A stretch of DNA of 64,000 bases, taken from contig JANPFD010000221.1 of NCBI GenBank assembly GCA_031423255.1, positions 11,520-75,519 of the forward strand. The letters are read 5' to 3'. Made by a program: the position numbers and the translations under genes. Below are positions 19,448 to 36,515 of the stretch, piece after piece. Source of the stretch: Myxococcales bacterium. GTDB taxonomy: Bacteria > Myxococcota_A > Polyangia > Fen-1088. Under the pieces are notes generated by a model. The model made no database searches. It was not told where the DNA came from and saw nothing but the letters and a program-made list of their open reading frames with translations. Within the stretch, counting starts at the first letter, position 1. Every line of letters starts with the position of its first letter.

Positions 19448-20786
19448 CCCAGATCGCGGTCTGCACATAGACGACGATCCCCATCACATCGACCAGCGAG
19501 GCGATGAACGGCCCCGATGACACGGCCGGATCGAAGCCGAGCCGTTTGATGAGAAGTGGCAACGCGGCGCCGAGGATCGCTCCGAACGATACGCAGACGA
19601 TCAACGCCACGCCGACGGCGATCGCCATCCCGCCCCCGCCGCTGTGGCCGACGAAGAGCGCGCGCATGACGCCGATGAAGCCGAGGAGCATCCCCAGCAC
19701 GGCGCCCACCCTCATCTCGCGCCACAGAATCCTGAAGGTATCGCCCATGGTGAATTCGCCAAGGGCCATGCCGCGGATGATGAGGGACGAAGACTGGCTG
19801 CCGGCGTTCCCGCCCGACGAAATGATGAGCGGGATGAACACGGTGATCGCGGCGACAGCGGTCGTCGCCCATCCGTAGTGCTCGAGAGCGCTCGCGGTCA
19901 GGATTTCCCCGAGGAAGATGACGACCAGCCAGACGGCTCGGCTGCGCACCAGTGTCCAAAAAGCGGTCTGGAAATACGCCCCCTCGGTCGGTTGCACGGC
20001 GCCGAGGCGCTGGATGTCCTCGACCTGGGCCTTCTTGAGGACGTCGACGACGTCGTCGACCGTCACGATGCCGAGCAGCTTGCGCGCAGAATCCACCACC
20101 GGCAGCGCCAGCAGGTCGTAGCGCTGGAAGATCTTCGCCACGTCCTGCTCGTCCATCTCGGGCGGAACGGAGATGGCGTCCGAGTTCATGATGGCAGAGA
20201 TCGGCTGGCCGGCCCGCGCCAGCACCAGGGTCCGCAGGGACACCGCGCCCAGCATCGTGCCGTTCGGGTCGACCGCGTACGCCTCGTAGATGGTCTCCAT
20301 CTCGGCGGCCGTGCGGCGCACCTCCTCGATGGCCCGCTCGATGCTGGAATCGGGAGTGAGCGCCACGTAGTCCGTGGTCATGAGGCCGCCGGCCGTGTGC
20401 TCCGGGTAGCGGAGCAGCTCGCGGACGTCGCGCTGCTCCTCCTTGGTCATGCGCGCGAGCAGCTCGGTACGAATCTCCTCGGAGAGCTGCTGGAAAAGAT
20501 CGGCGCGCTCGTCGGCCGACATCTTCTCGGCCAGCCCCGCCGCCAGCTGTCGATCGACCCTCTCGATCAGCTGCACGCGCCGGCCGTGGTCCATCACGTC
20601 CAGCGCGGCCGCGGCGGCATCGATGGGAAGGCTGGTCAGCATCGTGACCGCTGTCGCGTCGGTCAGACCCAGGATGACGTCGGCGAGGTCGGCGGCGTGC
20701 AGTTCCTCGACGAGTTCGGCCGCCTGTCCAGGATTGGACCGCAGCGTCTCCTCGAGATCAGGGGCCAGCAGATTCGCAACGCGCAT
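19419..20786 (-). CDS. mgtE: Magnesium transporter MgtE
   Basis: MgtE_N plus CBS pair (AGGLMT), SSGGNAGSQ, DPAVSSGPFI. Confidence 0.95.
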   Translation of the reverse strand: MRVANLLAPDLEETLRSNPGQAAELVEELHAADLADVILGLTDATAVTMLTSLPIDAAAAALDVMDHGRRVQLIERVDRQLAAGLAEKMSADERADLFQQLSEEIRTELLARMTKEEQRDVRELLRYPEHTAGGLMTTDYVALTPDSSIERAIEEVRRTAAEMETIYEAYAVDPNGTMLGAVSLRTLVLARAGQPISAIMNSDAISVPPEMDEQDVAKIFQRYDLLALPVVDSARKLLGIVTVDDVVDVLKKAQVEDIQRLGAVQPTEGAYFQTAFWTLVRSRAVWLVVIFLGEILTASALEHYGWATTAVAAITVFIPLIISSGGNAGSQSSSLIIRGMALGEFTMGDTFRILWREMRVGAVLGMLLGFIGVMRALFVGHSGGGGMAIAVGVALIVCVSFGAILGAALPLLIKRLGFDPAVSSGPFIASLVDVMGIVVYVQTAIWVMGLTPPPP

Positions 20787-20855
20787 CGCGAAGTCCTCGT
20801 CGCAGATTGCGCCAACCTCCGTCGAGGATCAAGGGGCCGTGCTATCGTTTCGTCT

Positions 20856-23063
20856 ATGGCCAAGCCCGTCACCGACGATGTCGCCGTCTTGGGGGCCGGG
20901 GTGATGGGAGCCGCCATCGCTGCGCACCTGGCGAACGCGGGCGTCCGGGTGTTGCTGCTCGACGTGGAGAAGAAAGCGGCGGCCGACGGGCTTGAGCGCA
21001 CCCGCAAAGCGAAACCGGCCTCGTTTTTCTCGCCCCGGTTCGAGACCCTGGTGCGCACGGGTAGCCTGAAGGACGACCTGGCGGCCGCCGCGAAGTGTGA
21101 CGTCGTGATCGAGGCGGTGATCGAGAACCTGAAGATCAAGCAGGAGCTCTACGGGCGCCTCGAGGACTTGGGCGGCAGCGCCGTCGTGACGTCGAACACC
21201 TCGGGGCTACCCATCCGGGAGCTGCTCGAGGGTCGAAGCCCCGCCTTCAGACGACGGTTCTGCATCACCCACTTCTTCAACCCGCCCCGCTATCTGAAGC
21301 TGGTCGAGCTGGTCGCTGGGCCTGACACCGCGCCCGAGACGCTGGCCGTGGCCGAGCGGCTGTGCGGCGGCCTTCTCGGCAAGGGCCTGGTGCGGGCCAA
21401 GGACACACCAAACTTCATCGCCAACCGGCTGGGTGTATTCGCCCTGATGCGTGCCCTCGAGGTGGCGCAGAAGGAGGGTTACACCGTCGAGGAGGTGGAC
21501 ATGGTTCTGGGGCCTGCCACGGGAAGACCGAAGAGCGCCGTTTTCCGCACCGCGGACGTGGTCGGCATCGACACGCTGGTGCACGTGGCCCGCAACTGCC
21601 ACGACACCCTGACCAACGATGAGCGGCGCCAGGTGTTCGCCATCCCGCCGCTGCTCGACGAGATGGTGAAGCGCAAGTGGCTGGGGCAGAAGACCGGCCA
21701 GGGGTTCTACAAGAAGGAGGGCAAGGACATCCTCCAGCTGGACCTGACGAATCTGACCTACGGGCCGCTGAAGAAGCCGAAATTTCCGTCGATCGGCGCC
21801 ACCAAGGGGGTGGACGATGTGGACGAGCGGATCCGCCGCATGGTGGGTGGCGATGACCGCGCCGCGACGCTGGCGCGCACCTTGATTCACGAGACACTGA
21901 CCTACGCGGCGGCGCGGATCCCGGAGATCTCCGACGACCCGGCCGACGTCGACCGGGCCATGCGCTGGGGCTTCGGCTGGGAACGCGGGCCCTTCGAGAC
22001 CTGGGACGCTCTGGGCGCGGCGGCGCCGGCCAAGCGCGAGCGTTTCTACCCTCAGGCAACGGGCCCCGTGATCCCGCCTCTTCACGGCGTCAAGGAGATC
22101 GAGCGCAACGCCAGCGCGTCCATCCTCGATCTGGGCGACGGCGTGTTCTGCCTCGAGTACCACGCCAAGATGAACGCGCTGGATCCCGACATCGTGGCCC
22201 TGACCATGCGAGCCGTCGAGCGCGCCGAACGCGAAGGTGTGGGGCTGGTGATCGGCAACGACGCGCCCGAGGCGTTTTGCGCCGGCGCCAACCTGTTCGG
22301 GCTCCTGGTCGCGCTGGGCCAGAACGACTACAAGGCCGTGAATCAGATGGTGGTCGACTTCCAGAACGCCTGCATGCGCACGCGCTATGCGGCGGTCCCG
22401 GTGGTGGCGGCGCCCTTCGGGCTGGCGCTGGGAGGGGGCGCGGAGGTCGTCCTCGGCTGCCAATACGTTCGCGCTGCCGCCGAACTCTACGTCGGTTGTG
22501 TCGAGGTGGGCGTCGGGCTCATCCCGGCGGGCGGTGGCTGCATGGAGATGGCCGCGCGCGCCTCGGAAAAGGCACCCGACGATCCGGCCTTCGATCTTTT
22601 CTCGCTGGTGCGCGGGCCGTTCGAGATGCTGGCGATGGCCAAGGTATCGACCAGCGCCGAGGAGGCGCGCGACATGGGTTACCTGCGCGTCCAGGACACC
22701 GTCTCGATGGCGCGCGAGTCGGTCATCGTCGACGCCAAGCAGGTCGTGCTCGGGCTGGCGCGCGCTGGATACCGCCGGCCGCCGCCCCGCCGCATCCGTG
22801 TCGTCGGCGAGTCAGGGGCCGCGAACATGCGTTCGGCGCTGCGCAGCTTCGCCCAGGCGCACAAGATCAGCGAGCACGACAACAAGATCGGGGACCACCT
22901 GGCGCGCATCATCTCGGGCGGCGCCGTGCCTTCCGGCGCCGTCGTGGGCGAACAACACATCCTGGACCTGGAGCGTGAGGCTTTCCTTGCCCTGTGCGGC
23001 GAGGAGAAGTCGCGCGCCCGGATCCAGCACATGCTGACGGCTGGAAAGCCGCTGAGGAACTGA
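20856..23063 (+). CDS. 3-hydroxyacyl-CoA dehydrogenase / enoyl-CoA hydratase fusion (FadN-like)
   Basis: [60 protein letters not shown]. Confidence 0.92.
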   Translation: MAKPVTDDVAVLGAGVMGAAIAAHLANAGVRVLLLDVEKKAAADGLERTRKAKPASFFSPRFETLVRTGSLKDDLAAAAKCDVVIEAVIENLKIKQELYGRLEDLGGSAVVTSNTSGLPIRELLEGRSPAFRRRFCITHFFNPPRYLKLVELVAGPDTAPETLAVAERLCGGLLGKGLVRAKDTPNFIANRLGVFALMRALEVAQKEGYTVEEVDMVLGPATGRPKSAVFRTADVVGIDTLVHVARNCHDTLTNDERRQVFAIPPLLDEMVKRKWLGQKTGQGFYKKEGKDILQLDLTNLTYGPLKKPKFPSIGATKGVDDVDERIRRMVGGDDRAATLARTLIHETLTYAAARIPEISDDPADVDRAMRWGFGWERGPFETWDALGAAAPAKRERFYPQATGPVIPPLHGVKEIERNASASILDLGDGVFCLEYHAKMNALDPDIVALTMRAVERAEREGVGLVIGNDAPEAFCAGANLFGLLVALGQNDYKAVNQMVVDFQNACMRTRYAAVPVVAAPFGLALGGGAEVVLGCQYVRAAAELYVGCVEVGVGLIPAGGGCMEMAARASEKAPDDPAFDLFSLVRGPFEMLAMAKVSTSAEEARDMGYLRVQDTVSMARESVIVDAKQVVLGLARAGYRRPPPRRIRVVGESGAANMRSALRSFAQAHKISEHDNKIGDHLARIISGGAVPSGAVVGEQHILDLEREAFLALCGEEKSRARIQHMLTAGKPLRN

Positions 23064-23065
23064 CC

Positions 23066-24226
23066 ATGCGTGACGTCGCCATCCTCTCGGCCGTGCGAAC
23101 GCCCATCGGGCGCGCTCTCAAAGGGAATCTCCGCCACACCCGCCCGGACGACCTGGGCGCCCTGGTCGTCAAGGAAGCGCTCCGCCGGGCCGAGCTGACT
23201 GGCAGCGCCATCGAGGACCTGGTGCTCGGCTGCGCCATGCCCGAGAGCGAGCAGGGTCTGAACGTCGCCAGGCTGATCTCGCTGCTCGCGGGTCTGCCCG
23301 ACGAGGTGCCGGCCATGACCATCAACCGATTCTGTTCGTCGGGGCTGCAGGCCGCCTCGATCGTGGCGGATCGGATAGCCGTCGGCGCCCTGGACGCCGG
23401 ACTCGCCGGTGGCGTCGAGTCGATGTCGATGGTCCCCATGAGCGGAACCCGCCCCTCGCTGAATCCGCGCCTGGTCGAGACCTTGCCCGACGCCTATATC
23501 CCCATGGGCAACACCGCCGAGAACGTGGCGCGCCAGTTCAAGGTCAGCCGCGAGGAGCAGGATGTCTTCGCCCTGCGCAGCCATCAAAAGGCGGTCGCCG
23601 CCTGGGCGGAGGCGCGCATGGCGGCCGAAGTGGTACCGGTCCCGACGCGCGTTTTCGACGACGGCGCCTGGAAGCCGGTCGTCGTCGACAGGGACGAGGG
23701 CCCAAGGGCCGATTCCACGATGGAAAAGCTGGCGACGCTCAGGCCCGTCTTCGATCCGACGGGGACGGTGACGGCCGGGAACTCGTCGCCCCTGAACGAC
23801 GGCGCGGCCGCCGTGGTGCTGATGGCGGCGGACAAGGCGAAGGAAACGGGCAAGAAGATCCGCGGTTACTTCCGGGGCTTCGCCGTCGCCGGGGTGCCAC
23901 CGGCGATCATGGGCACCGGTCCGGTGCCCGCCGTGCGCAAGCTGCTGGCGAAAGCCGGGTTGTCGGCTGACCAGATCGATCTTTACGAGGTGAACGAGGC
24001 GTTCGCGTCGCAGGCGGTGTACTGCATCCGCGAGCTCGGGCTGCCGCAGGACCGGGTCAACGTCAACGGCGGGGCGATCGCCCTCGGCCATCCCTTGGGG
24101 GCGACGGGTGCACGACAGATCGCCACCGCGCTGCACGAACTCGAGCGGCGCGGCGCGCGCCGGGCGGTGATCACGATGTGTGTGGGCGGAGGTATGGGAG
24201 CCGCGGGCCTGATCGAGCGCGCGTGA
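23066..24226 (+). CDS. fadA: Acetyl-CoA C-acyltransferase (thiolase)
   Basis: [28 protein letters not shown]. Confidence 0.92.
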   Translation: MRDVAILSAVRTPIGRALKGNLRHTRPDDLGALVVKEALRRAELTGSAIEDLVLGCAMPESEQGLNVARLISLLAGLPDEVPAMTINRFCSSGLQAASIVADRIAVGALDAGLAGGVESMSMVPMSGTRPSLNPRLVETLPDAYIPMGNTAENVARQFKVSREEQDVFALRSHQKAVAAWAEARMAAEVVPVPTRVFDDGAWKPVVVDRDEGPRADSTMEKLATLRPVFDPTGTVTAGNSSPLNDGAAAVVLMAADKAKETGKKIRGYFRGFAVAGVPPAIMGTGPVPAVRKLLAKAGLSADQIDLYEVNEAFASQAVYCIRELGLPQDRVNVNGGAIALGHPLGATGARQIATALHELERRGARRAVITMCVGGGMGAAGLIERA

Positions 24227-24230
24227 CCGC

Positions 24231-25541
24231 TCAGGTCTCGGTCAGCGCACGGGTGACATCCTCGGCCAGCGCGCGCCGCCGGTCGGTCAGCCGGCGCACC
24301 TGATCGAAATGGGCGCCCCGCAGCCACAGATACCGGAACGACTCGACGGTGGTCCTGCGGATCTCCTCGAACCGGAGCGCCACGTAACCGGCGAGCGGCC
24401 CGGCGATCAAGACGCCGACGGCCCAGTGCAGGCCCCCGGCGAGGCCGAGCGCCGTCGCCTCGATTCCCCAGCCGAGGAGCAGGAACACCGACCCTCCGAT
24501 CAGCTTCACGGTGCCGAGCACGTCCTCGTCATGGGTCACCCGGTTCGCCACGCGCCCGGCCAACCTGTAGGGCACCCAGCCGAGCAGGGCCCCGAGGAGC
24601 GACACGGGAGCCGCCGCGATCAGCAGCACGACCGACGCCAGCGCCCGGATGGGCGAGATCGGCTGCAGCTCGAGCGCCCAGGGATCGCGCACGCCCAGCC
24701 GTCGCAGGACGCGCCCATAGGCCTGCACCTCACGCACGATCGTCTCGACGCGCGCCGGGTCTCGCTGGCGCAAGCGTTGGTACGTCTCGAGGAGCTCACG
24801 GGCACGGCGATTCCGGGTCGCGAGATCGGCCCCGGGCGCGGTCCATGTGGCCACGCGAGCGACGCCGGCCAGCAACTCGCGGCTCTCGGCCTGCAGCACC
24901 ACCTCGTCGAGGCGCGCCTTGATGTCCGTGGTCATGTGTTCGGCGGCGGCCCGTTCGTTACGACGATGTTCGTCGAGGTAATCGGCTGCGCGCAACGGTT
25001 CGCCCACGACCAGGAGGACGCGCGAGCGGAAGGTCGCCTTGTGCTCGTAGCCGAGGCCGATCGGCACCACCACCAACCCCAGGCCCTCGTGCTCGCGTTC
25101 GGCCGACAGCGCGATGCGGGCCGTGCCGGTCTTGAGGGGCCGAAGCTGCGGGTCCGAGTGCGACACCCCTTCGGGAAACAATGCCATCGCCTCGCCCTGG
25201 GCCAGCAGCGCGCGGCAGCGGGCAAAGGTGCGCTCGTTCGCCGTGGCGCGGCTGACTTCGACCGTCTCGCCCCCGTCCTGGGCCCGATACACGGGGACGC
25301 TGCCGAACGCCTCCATCGCCAAGCGGCCGAGCGGGTTGCCGAACAGCGTGCTCTTTGCCAGGAAGCGCACCGGCCGGCCGACCGCCACCCGCAGCACCAT
25401 CGGATCCAGGAGGCCGTTCGGGTGATTGAGGACGAAGATCACCGGGCCCCGGGCGGGGGGCGGCGTACCGGTGAGCGCGAGCTCCGGATAGTAAAGCCGC
25501 ACCAGCCTCTCGCCCAGCGCGCGCACCAGCCTGGCAAGCAC
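24231..25541 (-). CDS. Lysophospholipid/glycerol-3-phosphate acyltransferase family membrane protein
   Basis: NHPNGLLD (HX4D), FLAK, FPEG, KTG; C-terminal transmembrane segments. Confidence 0.85.
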   Translation of the reverse strand: MLARLVRALGERLVRLYYPELALTGTPPPARGPVIFVLNHPNGLLDPMVLRVAVGRPVRFLAKSTLFGNPLGRLAMEAFGSVPVYRAQDGGETVEVSRATANERTFARCRALLAQGEAMALFPEGVSHSDPQLRPLKTGTARIALSAEREHEGLGLVVVPIGLGYEHKATFRSRVLLVVGEPLRAADYLDEHRRNERAAAEHMTTDIKARLDEVVLQAESRELLAGVARVATWTAPGADLATRNRRARELLETYQRLRQRDPARVETIVREVQAYGRVLRRLGVRDPWALELQPISPIRALASVVLLIAAAPVSLLGALLGWVPYRLAGRVANRVTHDEDVLGTVKLIGGSVFLLLGWGIEATALGLAGGLHWAVGVLIAGPLAGYVALRFEEIRRTTVESFRYLWLRGAHFDQVRRLTDRRRALAEDVTRALTET

Positions 25542-25550
25542 GCGGCGATC

Positions 25551-26414
25551 CTATCTCAGGCCCTGCAGCCAGGCGGCGAGATCCGTAGGCCACGGACTCT
25601 CGAAGGCGAGCGGTGCACCGGTGCGCGGATGGGGAAGCTCCAGGCGTGTCGCGTGCAGCGCCATGCGCGGAGGATCGAAGTCCGTCGGCTCGCCGTGGCG
25701 GCGATCCCCCAGCACGGGATGCCCCTCGGCGCGGCAGTGAAGACGCACCTGGTGCGTACGCCCGGTCTCCAGCCGCGCGCGCACCAGCGTCGCCCCGGCG
25801 AGCCGCTCGGCCACCGACAGATGGGTGACCGCGGTCTTGCCGCCGACGGGCCGATCGATGCGCACCAGCGTGTCGGGCACCTGGCCACGCAGCACCGCCA
25901 GATACTCACGCAGCAGATCGTGGGTGCGAAAGCGTTCGCCCAGCACGCGGTTCGCGTGCGGCGTCTTGCCGAAGACCAGCAGGCCGCTCGTCTCCATGTC
26001 CAGGCGGTGGACGACGAACACCTCGCCCAGGATCGCCGCCAGGTTGTTGCGATCGCTCTCCGGTGTGGGCGCCGTCAGCAGGCCTGACGGCTTGTCGACC
26101 ACGATCACTTCCTCGTCCTCGTACACGACGGTGTGGCGCGGCAAACCGGCCTCGTCCCTGGCGCGAGCGTCGCCGCCCAGTTGCTTGGTGGCCCGCTCCA
26201 GCGCACCACCGAGGTGCGCCTGCACCTTCTCGCCTTCGTGCATCGACCGGGCGGCGATCTTCACCCGGCGGCCGTCGATGAACACACCGCCCAGGTCAAG
26301 GAGGACACGCGCGCGACGCCGGGACAGGCCTTCGACCCGCGCGGCCAGGACCTGATCCAGGCGTAGGCCGGCCTCGTCAGCCCCGACGGTGAACGTGACG
26401 GCCTTCGTCGGCAC
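25551..26414 (-). CDS. RluA-family pseudouridine synthase with S4 domain
   Basis: RLDQVL, VDKPSG, VHRLDMETSG, LETGRTHQVR, GHPVLGD, LHA. Confidence 0.92.
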   Translation of the reverse strand: MPTKAVTFTVGADEAGLRLDQVLAARVEGLSRRRARVLLDLGGVFIDGRRVKIAARSMHEGEKVQAHLGGALERATKQLGGDARARDEAGLPRHTVVYEDEEVIVVDKPSGLLTAPTPESDRNNLAAILGEVFVVHRLDMETSGLLVFGKTPHANRVLGERFRTHDLLREYLAVLRGQVPDTLVRIDRPVGGKTAVTHLSVAERLAGATLVRARLETGRTHQVRLHCRAEGHPVLGDRRHGEPTDFDPPRMALHATRLELPHPRTGAPLAFESPWPTDLAAWLQGLR

Positions 26415-26420
26415 GACCGG

Positions 26421-31829
<5,409 letters not shown>

Positions 31830-31835
31830 CGCCCC

Positions 31836-33545
31836 ATGAGTCTGCCGCTCCTGGCGATCCTGGTCATCGCGGCCCTCGTGCTCGGCTACCGCTTCTACGG
31901 CGGGTTCGTGGCGCGCCAGTACCAGCTGGATCCGAACACGCCCACGCCGGCCGAGCGGCTGAAGGACGGCGTCGACTTCGTGCCCACGCGCCCCTTCTAC
32001 CTGCTGCCCCAGCACTTCTCGGCCATCGCGGCGGCGGGGCCGATCGCGGGACCGATCCTCGCCGCCCAGCAGTTCGGCTGGCTGCCGTCGATCCTGTGGA
32101 TCGCGCTGGGCGTGGTGTTCATCGGCGCCGTCCACGACTTCTCGACCCTGGTCGCCTCCATCCGCCATGACGCCCGGTCGATCGCCGAGGTGGTCCGGGT
32201 GCACCTCGGCGGGCGGGCGTGGCTGGCGCTGATGGTTTTCATCTGGGTGGCGCTGATCTACGTCATCGTCGCCTTCACCGACGTCACGGCCGCCACGTTC
32301 GTCTCGGGCGACGCCGACATGCAGGGGCTGTCGTTTCGCTTCAACCCAGGCGGCGCCGTGGCGGCCGCTTCCGTGCTGTATCTGCTGCTCGCCGTGGTGA
32401 TGGGGCTGGTGGACCGCCTGCTGCGGCCGCCGCTGTGGCTCCAGACCATCATCTTCGTGCCGGCGACGCTGGTGATGGTGTGGCTCGGCACGCAGCTGTC
32501 GACGATCCTGGTGCTGGACGCGCGCACCTGGGCGCTGCTCATCCTGGCCTATTGCTTCGTTTCCTCGCTGACGCCGGTCTGGGCGCTGTTGCAGCCGCGC
32601 GGGTATCTGGGCGGATTCGTCCTCTACATGGCGCTGGCCGTCGGGGTGGTCGGAATCTTTTTCGGCGGCTTCGAGATCAAGCAAACCGCTTTCACCAGCT
32701 TCTCGACGCCCGGTCCGACGGGGATGCTGTTCCCCTTCCTGTTCGTCACCATCGCCTGCGGCGCCTGCTCGGGGTTCCACGGCCTCGTCTGCTCGGGCAC
32801 GACGTCCAAGCAGATCGCCTCCGAGACGCACTGCAAGCCGATCGGCTACGGAGGCATGCTCCTGGAGGCGTTCGTGGCCCTCATCGCGCTGGCGACGATC
32901 ATGATCGTCGCGCCGGCCGCCGTGGCCGGCAAGGGCCCGGGCGCCATCTACGGCGCGGGGCTCGGCCGATTCCTCACGGTGCTAATTGGCGAGAAGCACC
33001 TCGCCTTCGCCACCACCTTCGGGGCGATGGCCTTCTCCACCTTCGTCTTCGACACCCTCGACGTCAGCACGCGGCTCGGGCGCTACATCCTGCAGGAGCT
33101 GCTCGGCTGGAAGGGGCGCGTCGGCGCCATCGCGGCCACGGCCGTGATGTGTGGCGTCCCCGCGGCGCTGATCCTGCTGTCCGGCAGCGGTAGCTACCGC
33201 ATGTTCTGGACTCTCTTCGGGACCGCGAACCAGCTGCTGGCTGCGCTGTCGATGCTGGGGATCAGTGTCTGGCTGCGGCAGTCGGGGAAGCGGTACTGGT
33301 ACACGATGGCGCCGACGATCTTCCTCCTGGCGACCACCGTCGTCTCGCTGGCGGTCCAGGCAAAGACAGCTTTCCTGGGTGGCAGCGATCGCCTGGCGCT
33401 GGTGAACGGCTTCGTGGCGCTGGCGCTGGTCGGGCTGGCGGCGACGCTGGTGGTGTTCGCGGTCCGGGTGTTGCTTCAGGCGCCCACCGTCGCAGCCAGC
33501 GACTCCAAGGTCGCCCTCGCCGGGCCGCGCTCCAGCTCGGCGTAG
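31836..33545 (+). CDS. cstA: Carbon starvation protein A family transporter
   Basis: DGVDFVPT, HFSAIAAAGPI.GP, GAVHD, LLQPRGYL, TIACGACSGFH, LFGTANQL. Confidence 0.92.
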   Translation: MSLPLLAILVIAALVLGYRFYGGFVARQYQLDPNTPTPAERLKDGVDFVPTRPFYLLPQHFSAIAAAGPIAGPILAAQQFGWLPSILWIALGVVFIGAVHDFSTLVASIRHDARSIAEVVRVHLGGRAWLALMVFIWVALIYVIVAFTDVTAATFVSGDADMQGLSFRFNPGGAVAAASVLYLLLAVVMGLVDRLLRPPLWLQTIIFVPATLVMVWLGTQLSTILVLDARTWALLILAYCFVSSLTPVWALLQPRGYLGGFVLYMALAVGVVGIFFGGFEIKQTAFTSFSTPGPTGMLFPFLFVTIACGACSGFHGLVCSGTTSKQIASETHCKPIGYGGMLLEAFVALIALATIMIVAPAAVAGKGPGAIYGAGLGRFLTVLIGEKHLAFATTFGAMAFSTFVFDTLDVSTRLGRYILQELLGWKGRVGAIAATAVMCGVPAALILLSGSGSYRMFWTLFGTANQLLAALSMLGISVWLRQSGKRYWYTMAPTIFLLATTVVSLAVQAKTAFLGGSDRLALVNGFVALALVGLAATLVVFAVRVLLQAPTVAASDSKVALAGPRSSSA

Positions 33546-35299
33546 TGACGCACGACCGGCCACAGCTCGGGGCAGTTGAAGGCGCGTAAGCGCTTGGCGG
33601 CCAGCGCCCCGATGGCACCCGGCGCCTCGCGGACCAGATTCATCAGAAAGAGGCCTGCGTCGAGGCGTCCGACGTCGGCGATCGCCTCGACCGCCGCCTG
33701 CCGTACCCGATCATCCTTCGCCTCGCGGTAGAGGCGCACCAGTGACGCGAGACCACTCGGGAAGCCGAGGCAGCGCAGCGCCCGTCGGGCCTCCACGCGC
33801 ACCGTCTCGTCCGCGTCGGCCAGGCCGCGACGCACCATCGCGAAGCTGCGCGTCTGCGGGACCTGGCCGGCCCCGGTCAGCGCGGCCGCCCGCACCGCCG
33901 CCATCGGATGCACGGCCAGTCGTTCGAGCGGCGGTAGCACCTCGTATGCCTGAATTTTGCCCAGCATGCGCGCGAGCTCGGCAGTGGCGCCCACGTCGTC
34001 CGGTGAATAGCGCGGATCCGCGCACGCCAGCAGCGCGCGTAGCGCTTGCCGCTCGCACGCCAGCACACCCAGGCGGTCGACCACGATCTGCGCCAGCACG
34101 CCCGCCGGATCGCCAGCCAGGTCCCAGTCGACGAGGTCGTGCCGCCAGATCTCGGCGTAAGCGACGCTCTGGCGCAGGTGCTCGGGGAGGCCGGGCTGCG
34201 GTGGCGGGCTCTCGGCGGCGTTGGCCGTCCGCCGCGCCAGCGTGGCGTAGCGCTGACGTCGCGCCTCGGGCAACGCAAGCTGGGCCAGCGCCCCGTAGAT
34301 GGCGCCGACCGCCGGCAGATCCCCCGCGGCCGCGGACGCCTCGACCGCGGCGACAAGAGCGCTCTCGGTGACCTCCTCCGGGCCGCCGCGCCTGGCGTTC
34401 TGCTGCGCGGCTTCGCGCCACAGCGCCGCCGCGCGCTGCCGGTAGTGGCGCTCGAAGACCAGGCCGCGCCTGATGCTGAACCCTGCCGCCTCGTCGGCCA
34501 GCAACGCCCCCGCTTGCCATTCCTCGACCGAGCCGGCGTAGGCGATGAAGTCCTCGTAGTACTCCAGCACCGTCTCGTGCCGGTACCCGCTGGCGGCGAG
34601 GAGGCGGATGGCATTGAGATAGCCTTCACACACATTCTCGAACGACCCGCCATCCTTCCCGATGCGCAGCAACAGCCCGTAGCAGTCGAAGGCGCGGTCG
34701 GACTCGCCGGCGATCTCGTAGCCGTCCGCCAGCTCCTCGAGCGCACGCGCCGTCAGCGTCAGCTCCCGGCGCGCCTCGGCCCCCTGCCCCAGCCGTCGCA
34801 GCGTCTGGCCGAGGTTGAACCGCACCAGGGCCGCCTCGTACGGTCGGCCGCGCAGCCGGTCGTCTGCCAGCAGCGCCTCCCAGGCCTGCCGCGCCCCCGC
34901 CCAGTCACCGCCTCTTTCCAGCGCAAGGGCGCCCAGGGCGCCGTGCCCCGACACCGACCAGGCGCGCGCCGCCTCGCGATGCCGGCCCTGATTGGCCGCG
35001 CACAGCGCCCACTCGTGCGGCTGCTTCTGCGGATCGAAGCACCGCTCGGCGTCGCCGAAGCGCCGGAGCGCCAGCAACACGCAGCCTGCCTCCCGCGTGC
35101 GCCCCAGCGCCTGGAACGCCGCCAGCGCGCCATCCAGCCAGCGGTCGTACGCGCCGGGCGCCGTGACGCCCACGTGGCGCAACAGCGACAGGTAAAGAGG
35201 CAGCGCCTCGGCTGGCCTGTTCTCGCGCAGCGCCCTGTCGGCGCGCTCATGGACGTCGGCGTCGCGCCGATCGAGGTGGCCGGGGCTGGAGATCGACAT
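33476..35299 (-). CDS. All-helical TPR/SNAP-like protein with C-terminal HEAT repeats
   Basis: 607-aa Ala/Leu-rich helical ORF; HEAT-like units (VRAAAL, VRVEARRAL, VRQAAVEAI). Confidence 0.7.
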   Translation of the reverse strand: MSISSPGHLDRRDADVHERADRALRENRPAEALPLYLSLLRHVGVTAPGAYDRWLDGALAAFQALGRTREAGCVLLALRRFGDAERCFDPQKQPHEWALCAANQGRHREAARAWSVSGHGALGALALERGGDWAGARQAWEALLADDRLRGRPYEAALVRFNLGQTLRRLGQGAEARRELTLTARALEELADGYEIAGESDRAFDCYGLLLRIGKDGGSFENVCEGYLNAIRLLAASGYRHETVLEYYEDFIAYAGSVEEWQAGALLADEAAGFSIRRGLVFERHYRQRAAALWREAAQQNARRGGPEEVTESALVAAVEASAAAGDLPAVGAIYGALAQLALPEARRQRYATLARRTANAAESPPPQPGLPEHLRQSVAYAEIWRHDLVDWDLAGDPAGVLAQIVVDRLGVLACERQALRALLACADPRYSPDDVGATAELARMLGKIQAYEVLPPLERLAVHPMAAVRAAALTGAGQVPQTRSFAMVRRGLADADETVRVEARRALRCLGFPSGLASLVRLYREAKDDRVRQAAVEAIADVGRLDAGLFLMNLVREAPGAIGALAAKRLRAFNCPELWPVVRHYAELERGPARATLESLAATVGA

Positions 35300-35319
35300 G
35301 AGGGCTTCTCGATCATATC

Positions 35320-36501
35320 GTGCCATTCGTCGTGAGGTCTTCGTCTGTCATGCTGCTGGTGGTTGTGGGGTGCGCCGGGTCGCGCTCCGCCCAGGTGAGC
35401 GATCTCCCGCTCGGCGATCCCGCGCGCCGCGATCGTCCGGCGGCGGTGGTGCTGGACGGCATCACCGAGACCGCCAGCGGACGCGTCATCGCCGCACAGG
35501 AACTGGCGCCCGCGCTGGCCTCGACCCGCCTCATCTTCATCGGTGAGGGACACACCAGTCCCGGCAGCCACGAGGTCCAGCGGCGCGTGATCCAGGCGCT
35601 GGTCGACGCCGGGCGCAAGGTGATCGTCGGCCTCGAGATGTTCCCGACCGCAGCACAGCCGGCGCTCGATGCCTGGTCGGCCGGCCCGGGGATCGAAGGT
35701 GACTTCCTCGAGAGCACCCACTGGTACAAACACTGGGGCTTCCCGTTCGCCTATTACCGCGACATCGTCCTCCTCGCGCACGCGCGCAAGCTGCGCCTGG
35801 TGGCGGTCAATGCGCCCCGCGAGTTGATCACCGCCGCCCGCAAGAACACGCTGGACGCCGCCCAGAAGGCGCAGCTTCCCCCGACGATCGACACGAACAG
35901 CGACGAGCACCGGCGGCTGTTCCGCGCGTATTTCGCCGGCGATGCGCACGGCAAGATGTCGGACGCGCAACTCGAATCGATGTACCGCGCCCAGTGCACC
36001 TGGGACGCGGTCATGGCCTGGAACGCCGTACGTGCGCTGCGCGAGACACCCGACTCGGTCATGGTGGTGCTGATCGGATCGGGGCACGTCGCCTTCGGTC
36101 TCGGTGCGCCCCGGCAGGCCGCGCTGTGGTGGAAGGAACGGATCGCCACGATCCTGCCGGTGCCGCTGCGCGACGACAAGGGACGGCCGGCGCAGGTCCG
36201 CGCCTCGTACGCCGACTATGTCTGGACCGTGCCGCCCGATCCGGATTTTCCGCCGCATGCGGAGCTTCCCTTCTCGGTCACGGATCGGAAGGGCGCCGTG
36301 GTGGTCGTGGGCGAACCGGCCGCCGGCCTTCAGCGGGACGATCGGATCGTCTCGCTCGACGGTGCCACCGTGGCCGACAAGGAGGCGCTGCTGATTCGCC
36401 TCGGGGCCAAGCAGTGGGGTGACAACGCCGCATTCGACGTCCAGCGAGGCACACAGAAGATCCGGGTGAACGTTCCGCTGCGCCGTCCCGTCAGCCCCTG
36501 A
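35320..36501 (+). CDS. ChaN-like (DUF399) lipoprotein with C-terminal PDZ-like domain
   Basis: VVGC lipobox, IGEGH, GLEMF, AQCTWDAVMA, IGSGHV, AAGLQRDDRIVSLDG; start uncertain (35320/35332/35350). Confidence 0.8.
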   Translation: MPFVVRSSSVMLLVVVGCAGSRSAQVSDLPLGDPARRDRPAAVVLDGITETASGRVIAAQELAPALASTRLIFIGEGHTSPGSHEVQRRVIQALVDAGRKVIVGLEMFPTAAQPALDAWSAGPGIEGDFLESTHWYKHWGFPFAYYRDIVLLAHARKLRLVAVNAPRELITAARKNTLDAAQKAQLPPTIDTNSDEHRRLFRAYFAGDAHGKMSDAQLESMYRAQCTWDAVMAWNAVRALRETPDSVMVVLIGSGHVAFGLGAPRQAALWWKERIATILPVPLRDDKGRPAQVRASYADYVWTVPPDPDFPPHAELPFSVTDRKGAVVVVGEPAAGLQRDDRIVSLDGATVADKEALLIRLGAKQWGDNAAFDVQRGTQKIRVNVPLRRPVSP

Positions 36502-36515
36502 GATACGATGCGCGC

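Noticed and set aside
19644-20855. Apparent 400-aa N-terminal extension of the FadN-like ORF
   Set aside because: Antisense to mgtE; the real start is ATG 20856, which has a -10 box just upstream
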